Shown piece after piece: positions 10,680 through 28,299 of a stretch of 64,000 bases of DNA (position 1 is its first letter; each line of letters opens with the position of its first letter). A program made the translations under genes and the position numbers. This DNA is from Bugula neritina (lineage: Eukaryota; Animalia; Bryozoa), in NCBI GenBank assembly GCA_964035545.1, contig OZ037771.1, forward strand, positions 8,549,408 to 8,613,407, read 5' to 3'. The notes under the pieces were generated by a model. That model did not search any database and was not told where the DNA came from. It saw only the letters and a program-made list of their open reading frames with translations.

Positions 10680-12979
10680 AGTCTAGCAGTACTAGTACTA
10701 GTTAGTAGTAACAGTAACACTAACAGTAAATCACATAAAATTAAATCAGAAATGTAATTCTAAGCCTACCGATGATAAAGATAATTGATATTATAACTTA
10801 GATAGTAATGCCAGTAAATTATTATTAAAGATAATAAATAATATTATTAATTTTTATAATAATGTAAATAGTAATACTAATACTAAAAGTAATAGGACTA
10901 GTTCTAGTAGTAGTACTACTAGTAGTAAATCACTAAATGTAATACTAATAGTTATAGCCAGTAAGCATAACACCGCATATTATAACTAATACTATAAGTA
11001 TAACATTTACTCATACTCATATTCATAGTCGATTGAAAATAAATGCATTCGTAATTTGATTCAAGTTAAACTTAGTCATAGTCATAATAAATAGGATATT
11101 GATAATGATTAAGATGTTTAAATTCAATATCAGAATCAAGATGCGATTGCAATATTACTAGTAATAGTACTAGTAGTACTCATACTACTACTGGTACTAG
11201 TAGGCTAGTAGTAGTACTGTACTAGTTCTAGGTCTACTGGTGCCTGTAGTCTGCACTCACAGTCACTGCAGTGGTACTGGTAATCAAAACAACATTCATA
11301 ATGATAATTATAATGCAGTGGTTGTAGTAGCTTCAAAGTTGCTCACAATAATGGTAATCATAATCATTCTGATTCTCACCTTTAAGTTTATCATAATAAT
11401 GATGGTGATAATCAAAATTACCTTGACTGACTATGATAAATCACTACCATTACCACTGGCACTACTAGTAAAAAGCAATAAAAGTACTGATTCAACATAG
11501 CCATATGGACTGAAGGTAAATTAGTTGACCGAAAGTGAAACTGAATGACGTCGAATGTGATTGTGATAGTTTATTTTTAGTTGAAGTTTAACACGCTTGA
11601 CTTTATTTTCATATTGGGTATAAAAACTCAAATTGAGTAATGCTATTACTTAAAGGAAGTGTTAACTGATATGGTATTCATTATAGTTATGATATGGATT
11701 CAAAAATTTCATATTAATTGCTATATTCACATTGATGATTGATGTTGAATCTGTCAATTGTCATCATTAAATTTGATTTAAAAGAAAAAATTAGTTTTAC
11801 TGCAAGAAATTCTGTGCTCATATGTATTCAATCAGCTATTGACTCAAACTCACCTGCTGTGACTCATCTCAGTAACGCCAGCCTTGAAGAATCAAGATTA
11901 TTGCTAATTTTATGTTACTATATGCATACTGATAGCTAAAAGGTTTAAAATTTCAAACACTGCTACATAAAAATAAAACTACCCTGCAACAAATGTTAAA
12001 GCTGTTTGTTGAATTATGAAACATTTGGAAAATAAAATGGTCTATTTTCAATGTGCTGAATATCTGGGATAATTTAGATAAGCATTAGTGCAGTGGCATC
12101 AAATGCAATTTGACTATATTGATAACCAAAGTTATTATTGCTATAGCTATTGCAATTCTAATCTCTTTGGTTGTTCATCATAATGCTTTATTTTGATTTA
12201 TGTTTAGCTCAAGCTCAAACTGATCAATATTAGTGTGGATATATATATATTACAATTGCTATTTTAGTGTTATCTAGTTAGCCACAAAAGAATCTGATTA
12301 TTTTGTAATAATATCACTGAAGTCTAGATATTTTTCAGATTCCAATATTACGTACGTAGATGTACCGGAGTAGCCCTGATTCTAGAGTACACTGTGACCA
12401 CAGGTTTGATTATTACTAATTAAATACAGTGTAAGTCTTTTCTTTATACGAATATTATTTTTAATTTGCATTTTACAATACCATCTATAGTTACTTATTG
12501 GTAAATAGTGAATTATGTAATAACAAAAGTGATTCTAGTCATTAGCCAATAGCATAATCAGTGGATATCTTTAGCAAATTATAATGGCTGCTTAGCAATA
12601 TTTAGAATGTACTATTGTAATGTTTATCATTCACCGTGGTAAATCTGTTATTAGTGGTTGATCATGAAATGTAATTAATATCAATGTAATATTGAAATTT
12701 TATATACTCAACCAATTATATAAATATTACTACTGGTTCTTGCCGTACTGTTGTAAAAAACATTATTCATAGCAGTCATTTCTATAATAATTTCTATTAT
12801 CTAGAACTAACAACAATCCAATATCAACCAACTAATGCCCCCATAGTTGAATTCACCAAACAACACTCAGTTCTCAACAAATCATCAGTATTTGTATTTA
12901 ATTGTTTAGTGTTTCTACAAGTATTATTATTGTACTAATTAACTTGTTTAACCTTGTATCACACTGTCTCTGCAGGTTT

Positions 12980-15415
<2,436 letters not shown>

Positions 15416-17088
15416 CTGAAGTAGAATCTAGCATCTGCACAGTTGGAGCATTTCTCATCTCTTCATTAAAATACTTGCTCGCTACACATACATTATATAT
15501 ATATATATATATATTATATTATATATATCTACTATGTGTACATTGTGTCTAAACTAGTGCAAGCATACAGTCACAGTCTTCACCATTCATTGTTAAATGG
15601 GTGAGGTTTTACTCCACCATCATTTATAGAATCAAATACTTATATGGTCCAATGTGTGCTTGGTAATTTCAATGCTGTCCAAGTGCTGACAACTGCCTCA
15701 TTTCTATCTCCTTCAATTTAAATGTAAATATTAATCAATGTAAATAATATATAGTTAAATGGCGTTGAAAGCATTAATTTTTCAACTGCTATTGCTTTTA
15801 TGCCATTTTAAATTAAAACAAGACAATATTTTACTTTGACATACATAATACACTGCATCAACTGAAATATTTTGGCTCAGAAACTAAAAAAAGGGTAGTT
15901 AGTAAAGCTTTCTTTCATTAAAATAAGGGTTCAAAGTTGTCTACATGCATCTAATGGTTTGTAATTTATTTATTTTCTTATCTAGTATGTTGGAGCTTTT
16001 GTTTTTTGTATCATCATTTTACAAAGTGTTATATAATTACAAGTCTTCAATTGTTATCAATAGTATAGAATTTTCCCATGTTCAAACAACTAGCTAGTAA
16101 TATATTTTTTTACTTTTGGGCTATGCATGTGGCTAGTAGATGCATTCAGTCTTAAGCTGATAAGTTAGGACAAGTGTCCATTTTCTATATTCATATCCTC
16201 AGTTTCAACAAAATATAACTTCGAAGCATTTCTATATTATTTTGACATGTCATTTATATATCAGCTATCCTATAATTTAATGCCATGGTTTATAGGTATA
16301 TTAGCTACCAATCACTTTTAGAACATACTATATTATCTACAACTGCAATGTGTCAATAGTGAAGAGTTCGATGAGCATCAATATTTGCATATATTACAAG
16401 TTTATAATTTTGAGTGAATATTGCTTGAATTTATACAGATTGCATCTAACTTTTATAAATTTTATAGTTGAGTATTTCAATAAGTAGGCAAGTCTCACAG
16501 CAGAAGTATATTTCAAATGTACTATTTTAAATTCTAATCTACCCATTGGGTAATCTCCCAAATAACTTATAATAGTGTTTTTAAACTCTTGAGAAAGTGA
16601 AGTGACCCTCTCATATTTCACACAAACATTTAACTGTCATTTTATAAAATCCAGTTAATTCAAAAAGCATTTATAATATAATGAGCGATAATCCATACAA
16701 GAGAAAACAAAACTGTGATACTGATAGCGCCAAGCAAAAGGTAACAAAAGAATAATCTAACTAAAGCTATTTGGACAAAAATTTGAGCATCACGCAGGGT
16801 ACAAAAAGTTTGTAAAGCTTAAAATAACTGCAGAAAGAAAAAATATTTTTTTGCGGAACTCGAAAATAGTCTAGGAAGCAGACATATTTTTAAGTATAGC
16901 TTAGATAAAAGTAGATGGAGAGCTATAACAAGCACACATATCACAACATTGTTCAAGTCCTATCATGAAAGTCCATATGGCACTGTATTTATTTACAAAA
17001 TTATAATTATAAGATTTTTGTGCCATAGAGATTATAAGAGTATCTTACAAAACATTATCATCTTGACCACAGTGTCGCCATGGTGAAT

Positions 17089-20000
17089 CTATTGTTTAGA
17101 TGTTTGGGCCACAGGGGGAGGCTCGCTAGATTCCCCACTTGAAGCATTGGCTTTACTTGGCATGTGACCATTTGTTAGTTTACTTGAGTTAGGCCCAGAA
17201 CGGCGATTGTTCCTAAACTTTCTTTGATCTTTCGGAGGTTCTGCTGTTGGCCCGTTACTAAGGGCCGGGCTGGTCTACAAATAATGGGAAAAAACTCAAT
17301 ACTAATGGGACTTTTTATAACATCAGGCAAACAGTGCAGCACTCAAAAGTCTCAAGAGTCGGTCGTCATATTTATACATTTTAGTATAGGCTTGGAATGT
17401 TCAGTAAGTTTATTGCATTACATCATCAGCCCACTGCATTGCTCAGTATACACAGTTCTGCCCTCAAATGATGAGACAACTCCCATCTCACAGGAAAAAA
17501 ACAGGCAGTTCATCAGTTCTCAAACTTCACCTGACCAGAGACTGGTGTCTTGCGACTGAAAAGGCTCAAGACACCAGTCACCAGTCCAACAGACTTTTGA
17601 ATCAATTAAAACGCTGAATGCAATAAACAAACCTCCTTGTGTTTTGGCAGTGCAGCCTTTTTAACATCTCCATTTGGCAGTGCAGGTTTCACCGGAGTAA
17701 CAGCGGTAGTAGAATTAGGCTGTGTTTTTGATTTAGGTACAGCAGGTGGTACATCGGTGGGTGTATTTGTAGCTGCAACTTCCTTTGGCTGAGATGATTG
17801 CCTAATAAATTACAACATGCTTTTATAGAAAGACTCATCTAGAAATAAATTAGATTTTAAAATATTCTTTTCATTATAAGGAAAAAGAAGGCGCAGATTT
17901 CATATGACGAAGTATTCTTATCAATTTGATTAGTGAAACTTAATAGCTGGCCATACTTAAAGCACAGTTCACATACAGTCTGCACATACCTATTATGATT
18001 AGCAGCTACATCATTGCCACTAGAATTGTTGGGCGTGTCTTTACTTGCAGCTCGATGTTTATATCTTCGACTTGACCTATTACTTTGTGGTGGCTTCTTG
18101 CCTTCTACTTTTCCCTCCCCATCTTCTATACATATTGAGTGTAAAGGTTATCATTACAGACTAAATACATCAACTTGATACGCTACAGAACAGTGGGAAC
18201 TGGAAATAATAAATTATGACCGCACATTTCCGAGGTAGGTACAGTAGTAAGGAATAAATTTGGAAATATTGTGTTCTAGATGGGAAATATAGCAAGAGAT
18301 GCTACGTCATTGTGAGACTGTCATCCCGCAGATAAAATCAAAAGCCACAATTAAAGAACTTGGTCTATTCAAAATTTCTCAGTTACTGGACTTCAATGTG
18401 ACGTTAGATTTCAATCAACATAATCTAGCAGATGGAGCTGGCATGAAGGACAGACTGCAAGTCATAAGCCTGGCATATAACAAGCATGGTGAGAGTAGCT
18501 CAAACAAAATCACCATACCAGTAAACACAATATTAAAGGTTACAATAGTAACCATCGCATGCTGCGTAATGCCAACAATTGAGGAGTTATCACTCACCCA
18601 CTTCCTGTGTAGCGACACTCGACACTTCCTGCTGATCTAACACCGTTTCATCTTCATCGTGTCGCCGCCTTCTATTTCCTCCCTGTCTACGACCTCGACC
18701 CCTACCTCTGCCTCTACCCCTTCCATCAACATACTGTCTTGAGGGTGGAGCAGTCTCGGTCTCTTCAGTCCCACTGACTTCCACAGACCAATCACTTTGA
18801 GCTACAACATCACTCAATACACTAAATGTGGGAAGAGATATTATACAGTATGAGAAGATATGCTATACAGTGTGAGAAGAGATATTATACAGTATGAGAA
18901 GAGATATTATACAGTGTGAGAAGAGATATTATACAGTGTGAGAAGAGATATTATACAGTGTGGGAAGAGATATTATACAGTGTGAGAAGAGATATTATAC
19001 AGTGTGAGAAGAGATATTATACAGTGTGAGAAGAGATATTATACAGTATGAGAAGAGATATTATACAGTATGAGAAGATATGCTATACAGTGTGATAAGA
19101 GATATTATACAGTGTGTGAAGAGATATTATACAGTGTGATAAGAGATATTATACAGTGATAAGCTGCAGAAACAGGCTCTACTCACGTTCTCTTTTGCTA
19201 TCAAAGTCAATCAGTTCCACAGGCTCTGAGGAATGAGGAGTTCTATCAGAGCGATGCCAACCCGGCCTGTCTGCACCTCGGTTACCACGACGACCACCAC
19301 CTCGAGCGCCACCACCGCCCACCAACGACTGACTACCTCCAGCTAGAAATCCTTCGTCATCGTTAGGCATATCAATACTGCCCTCTCTTTCACTACCATA
19401 GCCTCTGTCACTAACATAACCACCTCTTCTACCTCGGCCACGGGGGCCTCCTCCACGTCCCCTTCTTCTATATGGAGGCTCACTCTCACCCCTACCGAGA
19501 CATCAAGCAAATGGTATATATTACTGTATAGCTTACATATATATCTAGCGTATGCATTCTATACAGTTGTTGCTTGTCCACAGAGAGTGGGACAGGAGGG
19601 ACTGACCTGCTGGAGTGATGCTTCTCTGCAGCCCTCAGTTCATCCTCCAGTCGCTGTTTCTGCTGCTGCAGCTGCTCCACATCTCGTAGGAAGATGATGT
19701 TGTACTCCACCAGCACCATCGCATTCTCTATACACTCCTTCGTACCGACAAAGATGAATGGCAGGTGCCCATCTTCTTTGGCCACCTGCCAATATCAGAC
19801 ATTGGTCCATTAACACATCAAACGTATGAGAACTGCATTCAGAAGGTGGTGCAACAGTGATTAGTATATCTTCCACAGAACACTAGTGAAAGGAGCCTCT
19901 TTATGCCAGAGAATTGTTCAACAATGCATTTGTAAACTTTACAAACATTTTTAGTGCTTCAGTACTTGAAAAGTGACATAAAAAAATAAATCACATGGTA

Positions 20001-23000
20001 AGAGCATGCAACTTATTAGCAAATATTTCTTCATCTATTCAAATTCTGTTGATACTCTCATATAGCTGAGCATTCACACAGCAGGTAGACCTGCAGACAC
20101 ACCTGAGAGATTTCCTGCTCGCCTTCTATCCTTACTCGCACCAAACCAGCCTTGTCTACTATCTCTTGAATGTTTTTGCCATTTTTCCCTATAATTCTAG
20201 CAACTAAATCTTGTGGTACTTGATAGGTGGATTCACTATACTCTAGAATATTCCTAGCCTGCTCCACAGCTTCAGAAGTGTTCCCGCATACCTTAGGAGA
20301 ATAACAAACAAGCAATGTTTCAGGTAAGGGATACACATGCATGTATAGCCTGCAAGTATTGGAGAGACTTACATACTCTCATTTACAAAACAACCCTTCC
20401 TCCTTTTACCATGCACAGAGTAATTGGTTTATGGCTAACAAACCTACCTGAGAGATTTTTATCGAACAAACTCTGGAAGATATTTGAAGTAAATATCAGC
20501 AACATAAGAATTGCATGCCTTTCCTAGGGCTTCATTTATTCCAAACATACTAGTAAGTGCATAGTGACTAGAGTAGGCAAGAGAACTTCCTTTAAGTTGC
20601 TTTGATAAAGTTATTTCAGCACCAGTTATATAATCCCACAATACAAGGAGGTCTGCTTATCCTTATGCTGTGGAGTTTAAACAAACTCTAAAGAGACTCT
20701 ACTACAGTTACACAAGAGTTTCAACATACCTTGAACATGTTTGTGCTAGGATCAAATATGACGTCTGTGATGCCAGCAATCTCCCTGGCCGCCTGCATGT
20801 TGGCACCATGACTTCCAATTGCCAACCCAATTAGCTCTGATGGTATAGAAAATTCCTCACAGAAAGGACTGGCAACAGTCAACTAAAATCAGCATTGACC
20901 ATGGAATAGTAAGTAGACTACATGTAAGTATGGTGAATACAAGTATAGTAGACATGTAAGTATAGTAAAGACAAGTATAGTAGACATGTAAGTATACTAA
21001 ATACAAGTATAGTATACATGTAAGTATACTAAATACAAGTATAGTAGACATGTAAGTAGAGTAAATACAAGTATAGTAGACATGTAAGTATAGTAAATAC
21101 AAGTATAGTAGACATGTAAGTAGAGTAAATACAAGTATAGTAGACATGTAAGTATAGTGAATGTAATGAGAGTACAGGTAAGCAGTCTTGGTCTAAGGGT
21201 TAGAGCGTTTGCTTAGTACACACAAAGTCTTGGGTTCAGTCGCCAGTAAAGGCCATTGATGATGCTAGGAAGAGCATTCAGTCATAATTGCTCATGTGCC
21301 ACATATGAATAAGTTTTTAGCCCACTTCAAAAAAACCCTTCCATCAGGGGCTTTCACAGGGATAGTGACTTGACTATAAACTTGCGTGAGAATAAGAGTA
21401 CGTGTAAGTATAGCATATGTAGGTATGGTATATGTAAGTAGAGTACATGCAAACAGAAAGTAAGTATGCTAAAGGTAAGTAATGAAGCAAAGTAATGAAT
21501 GGAGAATGGAGAGTAAGAGAGTAAGTAAGGCCACGTATAGTTTTCTGTACCAGAGCTGGTCTCAAAAGTTACAGTCGCCAAGAAACATTTAAGACTTTTC
21601 AGGTGCAGCTACTGAGCCTTACTTTAGTTGACTCTATTTTCTTAGTCGTCTCATCCATCTTCTTTTCTATGACCATTTTCTGTTTGAGGTTCCTGAGATG
21701 CATGTCAGCCATCATTGAAGCTCTTTTGTATGTGGTTTGGTCAGAACACTGCAACACCACAGTACCTAGTACACTGTACAGGATGCAGACACACCTACAC
21801 TTTAAACTCTACTACTGAATAGGCAGCAGCTGTACATGCAGATGAAAACAAAGCTGTCATACATACAATCTAAATGATAGGTCAGTTATACATCTGGCTG
21901 AATGTACATTTTTTCACAAAGAACTCCTCTGAAAATTGAGATCTGGCTGCTAGCATCCCTGGTAACATCGGCTGACCAGGAGGGTGTAACCAGCAGCTAA
22001 CAGGGTGTAACCAGGTGACTACTATGCTTACTATAAGTTGTAGTCACACACATGCACCCAAAGCTTCAATTATGACTCTCAAAATGTCTACATATTCATA
22101 TAATACACGAGACATAACCTAATATCCCCAATAATAACATTGCAGAGAGCCTGTTGAACATGCAGTCTACCTTGACTAGAGATATATTAGCATTGAGTAG
22201 ATGGGACTGATACTCACCAGAACAACTAGTATGTGGTCATTATGATCGTAATATACTACAGGAGCTTTACACAGATTCTTGAAGTCTTTGTGATGTGACT
22301 GATCAGAACAGCTGCAAATAGAACAAATAGTCCCATGAGAACCTGGTGTGGAGGGTTTTAAGGCTAAAAACTTCTTCGCTGCCTACTAATGCTGGTCACA
22401 AGAATTAGAAGCCTCATTGACACAATCTTGACTTCATCTTAGAAGTTTGAACCACCAGTCTAGCGCATCCAGTGTCATGCTAAACAAGTGCCCTTATCTA
22501 CTAGACTACAACTCAGCCGCAAATGATAGGCATAGGTTGATATATCAGCAGGTGAATGTTCAACAGCAACAAAAATAAAATATATTTATTTTGTTGCAAC
22601 CATTGTAAATATTCACATTACCAGAATGTATCCACAATATATTTTATTTGAGTAAATATAAGAAGAAAATATATAAGCATATGTGTACTGTTTAGACTTG
22701 TTATTTATTCTGCTGATGAAGAGAAAATATTGCTGTTGATAATTTAGAAGTGTAAAACATGCCGAATTCATGTATATATAAAACAGCAAAGTTCTTAATT
22801 TCTATTAAAAGAAGACTTACAACTCCCACATATCTGGTGGAACCTCCAGGGTGAACCGCAGTATTGTATCTTTTGTGACAGGTTTGCTGAAAAGAAAAGT
22901 GGATGAATATTTAATAAAATTCAATGCATTACAAACTAAACTTTATCAAACTAAAACAGAAATAAGTATGCTAACATTATATTTCAGCTAAACATACAAT

Positions 23001-26000
23001 TTTATACATTTACATACATGTAGACTACAGTTATATCAAGTTCAGTGAGATGAGATTCCAAACCCTATTGTCAAAATAGAAAGGAGTTGGAGAAAGATGG
23101 TAAAGAGCGAATTATATCTGCCTCTACTAGTTCAAAGCATAGTTGAGTGAATTAAAATGGGGAGGAAACTCTTGAACTATACATAGAAGTTGAAAGGAGT
23201 GAAAAAGCAGACAATGAAAAAAAAACCCAGCTTTGCAAACTTACAAAAACAAGGGTTATTCACAAAGTTAAAATTACCATCAAATGTTTTGAACCACATA
23301 TTTTTTGCTTTTAAAACACATCAACTTTTGGTGGGTATACTGGGACTTTTCAAATTTTTAGGACAATATAATAACAAGCAAGGAATGTTATGTTATACCA
23401 ACAACGCATAAAATATGGTAATATTAGAGACAACTGAGTACAAGTTAATAAGTTGTGACCTCTGTCTCTCTCTATATGCAATAGCTAATAGACCTGCACC
23501 TCCATCACTTCCCAAACACTTATCAATAAAATATCATTTAATAATGAGTATAATTATTACAGCACATATAAATTGGCAGAATTTGGTAGTTTGATTTCTC
23601 TTAATTTCAATATTAACTTTACTTGAATGATAATTTAATTAGTCAATTTATTGCTAAAACCTTTTTACTGCTTATTTTCAAAGTTGAAAAGTAAAACAGA
23701 AAACTACAGTCCGCAAACTCAGTGTTCGGGTGGCTTTAATTAAACAGTAGAGAAGACAATTCATAAAAATTAGATGAAATAAAATAATTTACAACACCAG
23801 CAAATATTAATGCTGAAGTAATATACTGCACTGAGGCAATAGTGTACTGAGGTAACACTGTACTGAGGTAATAGTGTATTGAGGTAACACTGTACTGAGG
23901 TAGTACTGTACTGAGGTAACACTGTACCGGGGTAATAGTGTACTGAGGTAATACTGTACTGAGGTAATACTATACTGAGGTAATGGTGTACTGAGGTAAT
24001 ACTGTATACTCACCACAAGCCTGCTGGTCTAAGATTTTCTGCAGGAAGGATTTCATTAAATTTACCATCGTTACCACCATATTCCACGACGATGAATTCT
24101 CCCTTCACCATCTTTACTCGACCTCTCCACCAGCCACAAGGCTCATTCTGAGCTGTGCATGAAAGGGCCTGCGAATAAGAAGACAGTGTAATAAGTAGCC
24201 TAATATGAATCTTATAGGTCAGTGTATCAGATACACAGAGCCTTGTGATCTATGTATTATGTGTGCCAACTATCCTAGTAACAAAGGTGTCACTAATTAA
24301 CTCCACCAACTGCAAGCCTGAAACTGTATGCACAAGGATGAGAAGCTTCAGTAATTAGATGAGTATCAACATTACAGTGCAAAGTTTACTATATACTAGA
24401 GAGTGTATTACTATATACTAGAGAGTGTATTACTATATACTAGAGAGTGTATTACTTTATACTAAAGAGTGTATTACTATATTATACTAGAGAGTGTATT
24501 ACTATATACTAGAGAGTGTATTATTATATACTAGAGAGTGTATTACTATATACTAGAGAGTGTATTACTATATACTAGAGAGTGTATTACTATATACTAG
24601 AGAGTGTATTACTATATACTAGAGAGAGTATTACTGCATACTAGAGAGTGTATTACTATATACTAGAGAGTGTATTACTATATACTAGAGTGTATTACTA
24701 TATAATAGAGGGAGTATTACTATATAATAGAGGGAGTATTACTATATACTAGAGAGTGTATTACTATATACTAGAGAGAGTATTACTATATACTAGAGAG
24801 TGTATTACTATATACTAGAGAGTGTATTACTATAATATACTAGAGAGTGTATTACTGCATACTAGAGAGTGTATTACTATATGCTAGAGAGTGTATTACT
24901 ATATACTAGAGAGTGTATTACTATATACTAGAGAGTGTATTACTATATACTAGAGAGTGTATTACTATATACTAGAGAGTTTATTACTATATACTAGAGA
25001 GTGTATTACTATATACTAGAGAGTTTATTACTATATACTAGCGAGTGTATTACTATATACTAGAAAGTGTATTACTATATACTAGAGAGTGTATTACTGC
25101 ATACTAGAGAGTGTATTACTATATACTAGAGAGTGTATTACTATATACTAGAGAGTGTATTACTATATACTAGAGAGTGTATTACTATATACTAGAGAGT
25201 GCATTACTATATACTAGAGAGTGTATTACTATATACTAGAGAGTGTATTACTGCATACTAGAGAGTGTATTACTATATACTAGAGTGCAAAGTCTGTACT
25301 GCCCATCAGGCAGATTTATCCGGTTGTTGACAATTTTACTAGCTGAGATAAGAAGCCTGCTTATGGTTTTAGCAACTCTTTAGATAAAGGGAAATCCAAG
25401 ACAAGGGGATTCCCCTAGTTCATCACACAAATCAATAAACTATTCAATAGACCTATAGATCAAGTAAACCAAAGTGTTGCTCATGATGTTAATAGTTACC
25501 AAGTGTTCTATAACAATGGATGGAATATCAATACACAGTGATTCGAATGCTAGCAAACAATTATTGAACCTAAATATAAGGGACTACAGACATTTAGTAT
25601 GCTAGATGGGCAGGTATGTGAAACTACACTTCAACACTACGCAGAGTAATCACTCATTTACCAACCTCTATCTCCTGGTTCTCCACGTAATCTGTTATTG
25701 GGGTGTTGCCATGATAAGGCAATCTGGCTTCACTGTAAGCTATTTTACGATCTGGTTTCCAACTACAATAGTACTGCAAAGTAACACACCTGGTAGTAAA
25801 TTAAAAAGCCTGTATTAAATTAAAAATACCAGACTATAAAAACAAAGTTCAACCAACAGTTGATGCAAATAGGCAAGGCAATACACACTTGTGTGCCTCT
25901 TACTCTTCTTGTCATGATGATTGGTTATGTGCACCCCAGGATGACTAAACTAGACACACCAAGCACCATGGCATTTTGACCTTGTAGAACCTACTGTTTA

Positions 26001-28299
26001 TATGCACAGAGATCAAACTAAAGCATTCCAATGATGAAGGAAAGTGAGTTCCGTCAAAAGGATTGTTACCCCCAGACACTAGATGTCAACAAAACCACCA
26101 TAATATAGCTATCTCTGTCTAGAGATATAACACAGCTCCTTTAGTCTACATTTTATTTAAAACATCATAAATTTAGCATTATTTATATGACTTACTTGTT
26201 CGGATATGAGACAATAAGACCATCCGATTCAACTTCCAGCACATAAGCCTGCCAACAGAAAATTATTACATGCATAAGCTAGATTACGATTGTTTTAAGA
26301 CAATTATTATTCACAAGATGTCCATAGTCATAGTATTAGTCAAAATACCAGTGAAATATTTTTGTTTATCAACATATGCTAAAATATGCTAAACTAGTAT
26401 ACAACTTGTAAATCAGTCAGTTTTTTCTTTTTTCTAGAAGCTTAACTGTTAGTTTTGGTGCTATATGTATTAAAAAGTGTGTAAGTATAACAATACATAA
26501 GTTAGGGAATAACTAGCTTTGAGAACAGCGCTACACTACGAGCACTAGCAGGAGTGTAGACCACCAAGAGAAATTCTAAGCTTGACCTTTAAAATATTAA
26601 TGGGCTAATATAATTAAAATAATCATTATATGCTAGTCTAGCACTTACAATTGGTCTTATAACTAGATAATTAGCCTTACGACCAGATTCAACTTACCTT
26701 CTCATTAAGTATCATTGTGAACATAAAATTCATTTCAAGTATCTACCTTTTTAAATAAATATTTAATTTAGTATTAACAATAGTATTATTATTAATATTA
26801 GTATAGAAATACTACTAATTTACAACTTAAATTGAACACTGAAAGTAAGTTGGGTATAAATTTCAATAACTACTAGGCCTACTAGCTGTGGAGCAATAAA
26901 CAGTGGTTAAGGTGAGGGGGTCTTTAGTACTAGGTCTAGTAGCATGACTATTGTTATGGCTTGGTGTTATTATTTTAACCAATAACTCAAGCTGCCCACA
27001 CCCATAAATATTAAATATCACGTTTGCAAAACTCACAAAATTTTCAATAATTGATTTAGTTCAACTTTGAATTTATGATATTTATTATTATTAGTATCAC
27101 TGTCAGTTATTAATACTAGCTAAACCTAATCCTAATCTTTAACTTACAGTAAAACTAAGACTAATAGTAAAACCGTAGGTATAGTATTACTAATACTATT
27201 AGCAACAGTTATACTTATGTCTTATAGTATAGCAATACTAATCCTAACATAATAATAACACTAATAGTAATAACATAAACCAACATATTGGTATTGGCTA
27301 TTGCTAATAGTAGCAATAGTATTTATTTATTACTTCAACATCAACTTTCAAAATCAATTCAATTTACAAATTAAAATTTCAAATATCAAATAAGAATACA
27401 GTCTCAATTTGAATCACATGGCTAGGTAATACTAAAACTTAATTTTAAACTAAAACTGAAAGGGAAAGCTCAATCACGATGACAATGAAAAGTAGCAAGT
27501 CCAAGGTCAACAAATACTTATTTTTATTTTATATTGAAGCTAAACTTCAACACAGACAATACTACTACTAGCACCACTACTAGTACACTGCAAATGCACA
27601 TAACTCACAAGACTAAGACTGAGTAGTAACTAGTAGTAGTAAGTTATTGCTTAACTTCAAATTCAACTTTGATGCTGAAGTTAAAGTTGTGATTGAGTTT
27701 TATTCAAATCACAATAGGTTGTGGTTATACTAATTACTTAGTTATAGTATGAGATTGAGTATCACTTAGTATCAGTATGACTATCATAATCATTACTATC
27801 AGTATCACTATCAGTATCAATATCACTATCACTATCAGTCATTCAGTGTATCACTAATAGTAATAGTAATACTAATAGTAACACACTGACACTATCAATA
27901 TCCCTCTATCAGTATCACTATTACTATTAGTATTACTATTAGTATTAGTATTACTCTAAGTCTATGACTATGAGTGAGAGTCTATCGGTATCAGACTCAG
28001 TATGAGTATCAGTATGACTATCACTATGCCCTATGCCTATGGCTATCAGTATAACTATAAGCTTTACATAACTCTAACTATAGGCTTACAACTATAATCA
28101 TAAGATAAGTTTAACTACAACTATTACTATAACTATAAGTTAAAGTATTACTCTGATATTGATAAAGTATAAGGCAAAAGCTCATACTCATATTGATAGT
28201 GTAAGCATTACAAATGTTCAAATAAAATACTAATAGACTTACAGAATAATAGACTCCGTTATTATCGCAAACTTCCACGCATAAATAGTTTTCTTCCAT
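17089..28299 (-). CDS. FMR1: Fragile X messenger ribonucleoprotein (FMR1/FXR family): tandem Agenet/Tudor, KH0, KH1, KH2, RGG
   Basis: Exon 1 28299-28243 [19 protein letters not shown]; exon 2 26248-26196; [18 protein letters not shown] (~24100); [12 protein letters not shown] (~21700); KH1 [17 protein letters not shown] (~20800); KH2 [26 protein letters not shown] (~20150); [14 protein letters not shown]; SDWS motif; RG-rich boxes; last exon ends AQTSKQ-TAG at 17089. Confidence 0.93.
18830..19160. repeat. 22-bp intronic minisatellite (GAAGAGATATTATACAGTGTGA)n
   Basis: About 15 tandem units filling almost the whole FMR1 intron. Confidence 0.95.
20905..21160. repeat. ~32-bp intronic minisatellite (AGTAGACATGTAAGTATAGTAAATACAAGTAT)n
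   Basis: Visible tandem units made of two related half-units. Confidence 0.9.
21180..21300 (+). mobile_element. Decayed tRNA-derived SINE (copy 1)
   Basis: A-box-like TGGTCTAAGGG and B-box-like GGTTCAGTCGCC, then CATTGATGATGCTAGGAAGAGCATTCAGTCATAATTGCTC, which matches a second copy at 61150-62030. Confidence 0.6.
23820..24008. repeat. 17-bp intronic minisatellite (ACTGTACTGAGGTAATA)n
   Basis: About 11 units starting directly after an FMR1 donor site (minus strand). Confidence 0.92.
24386..25287. repeat. 22-bp intronic minisatellite (TTACTATATACTAGAGAGTGTA)n
   Basis: About 40 tandem units in an FMR1 intron. Confidence 0.97.

Noticed and set aside
21180-21255. tRNA gene
   Set aside because: Cloverleaf not supportable; continues into a shared SINE-like body.
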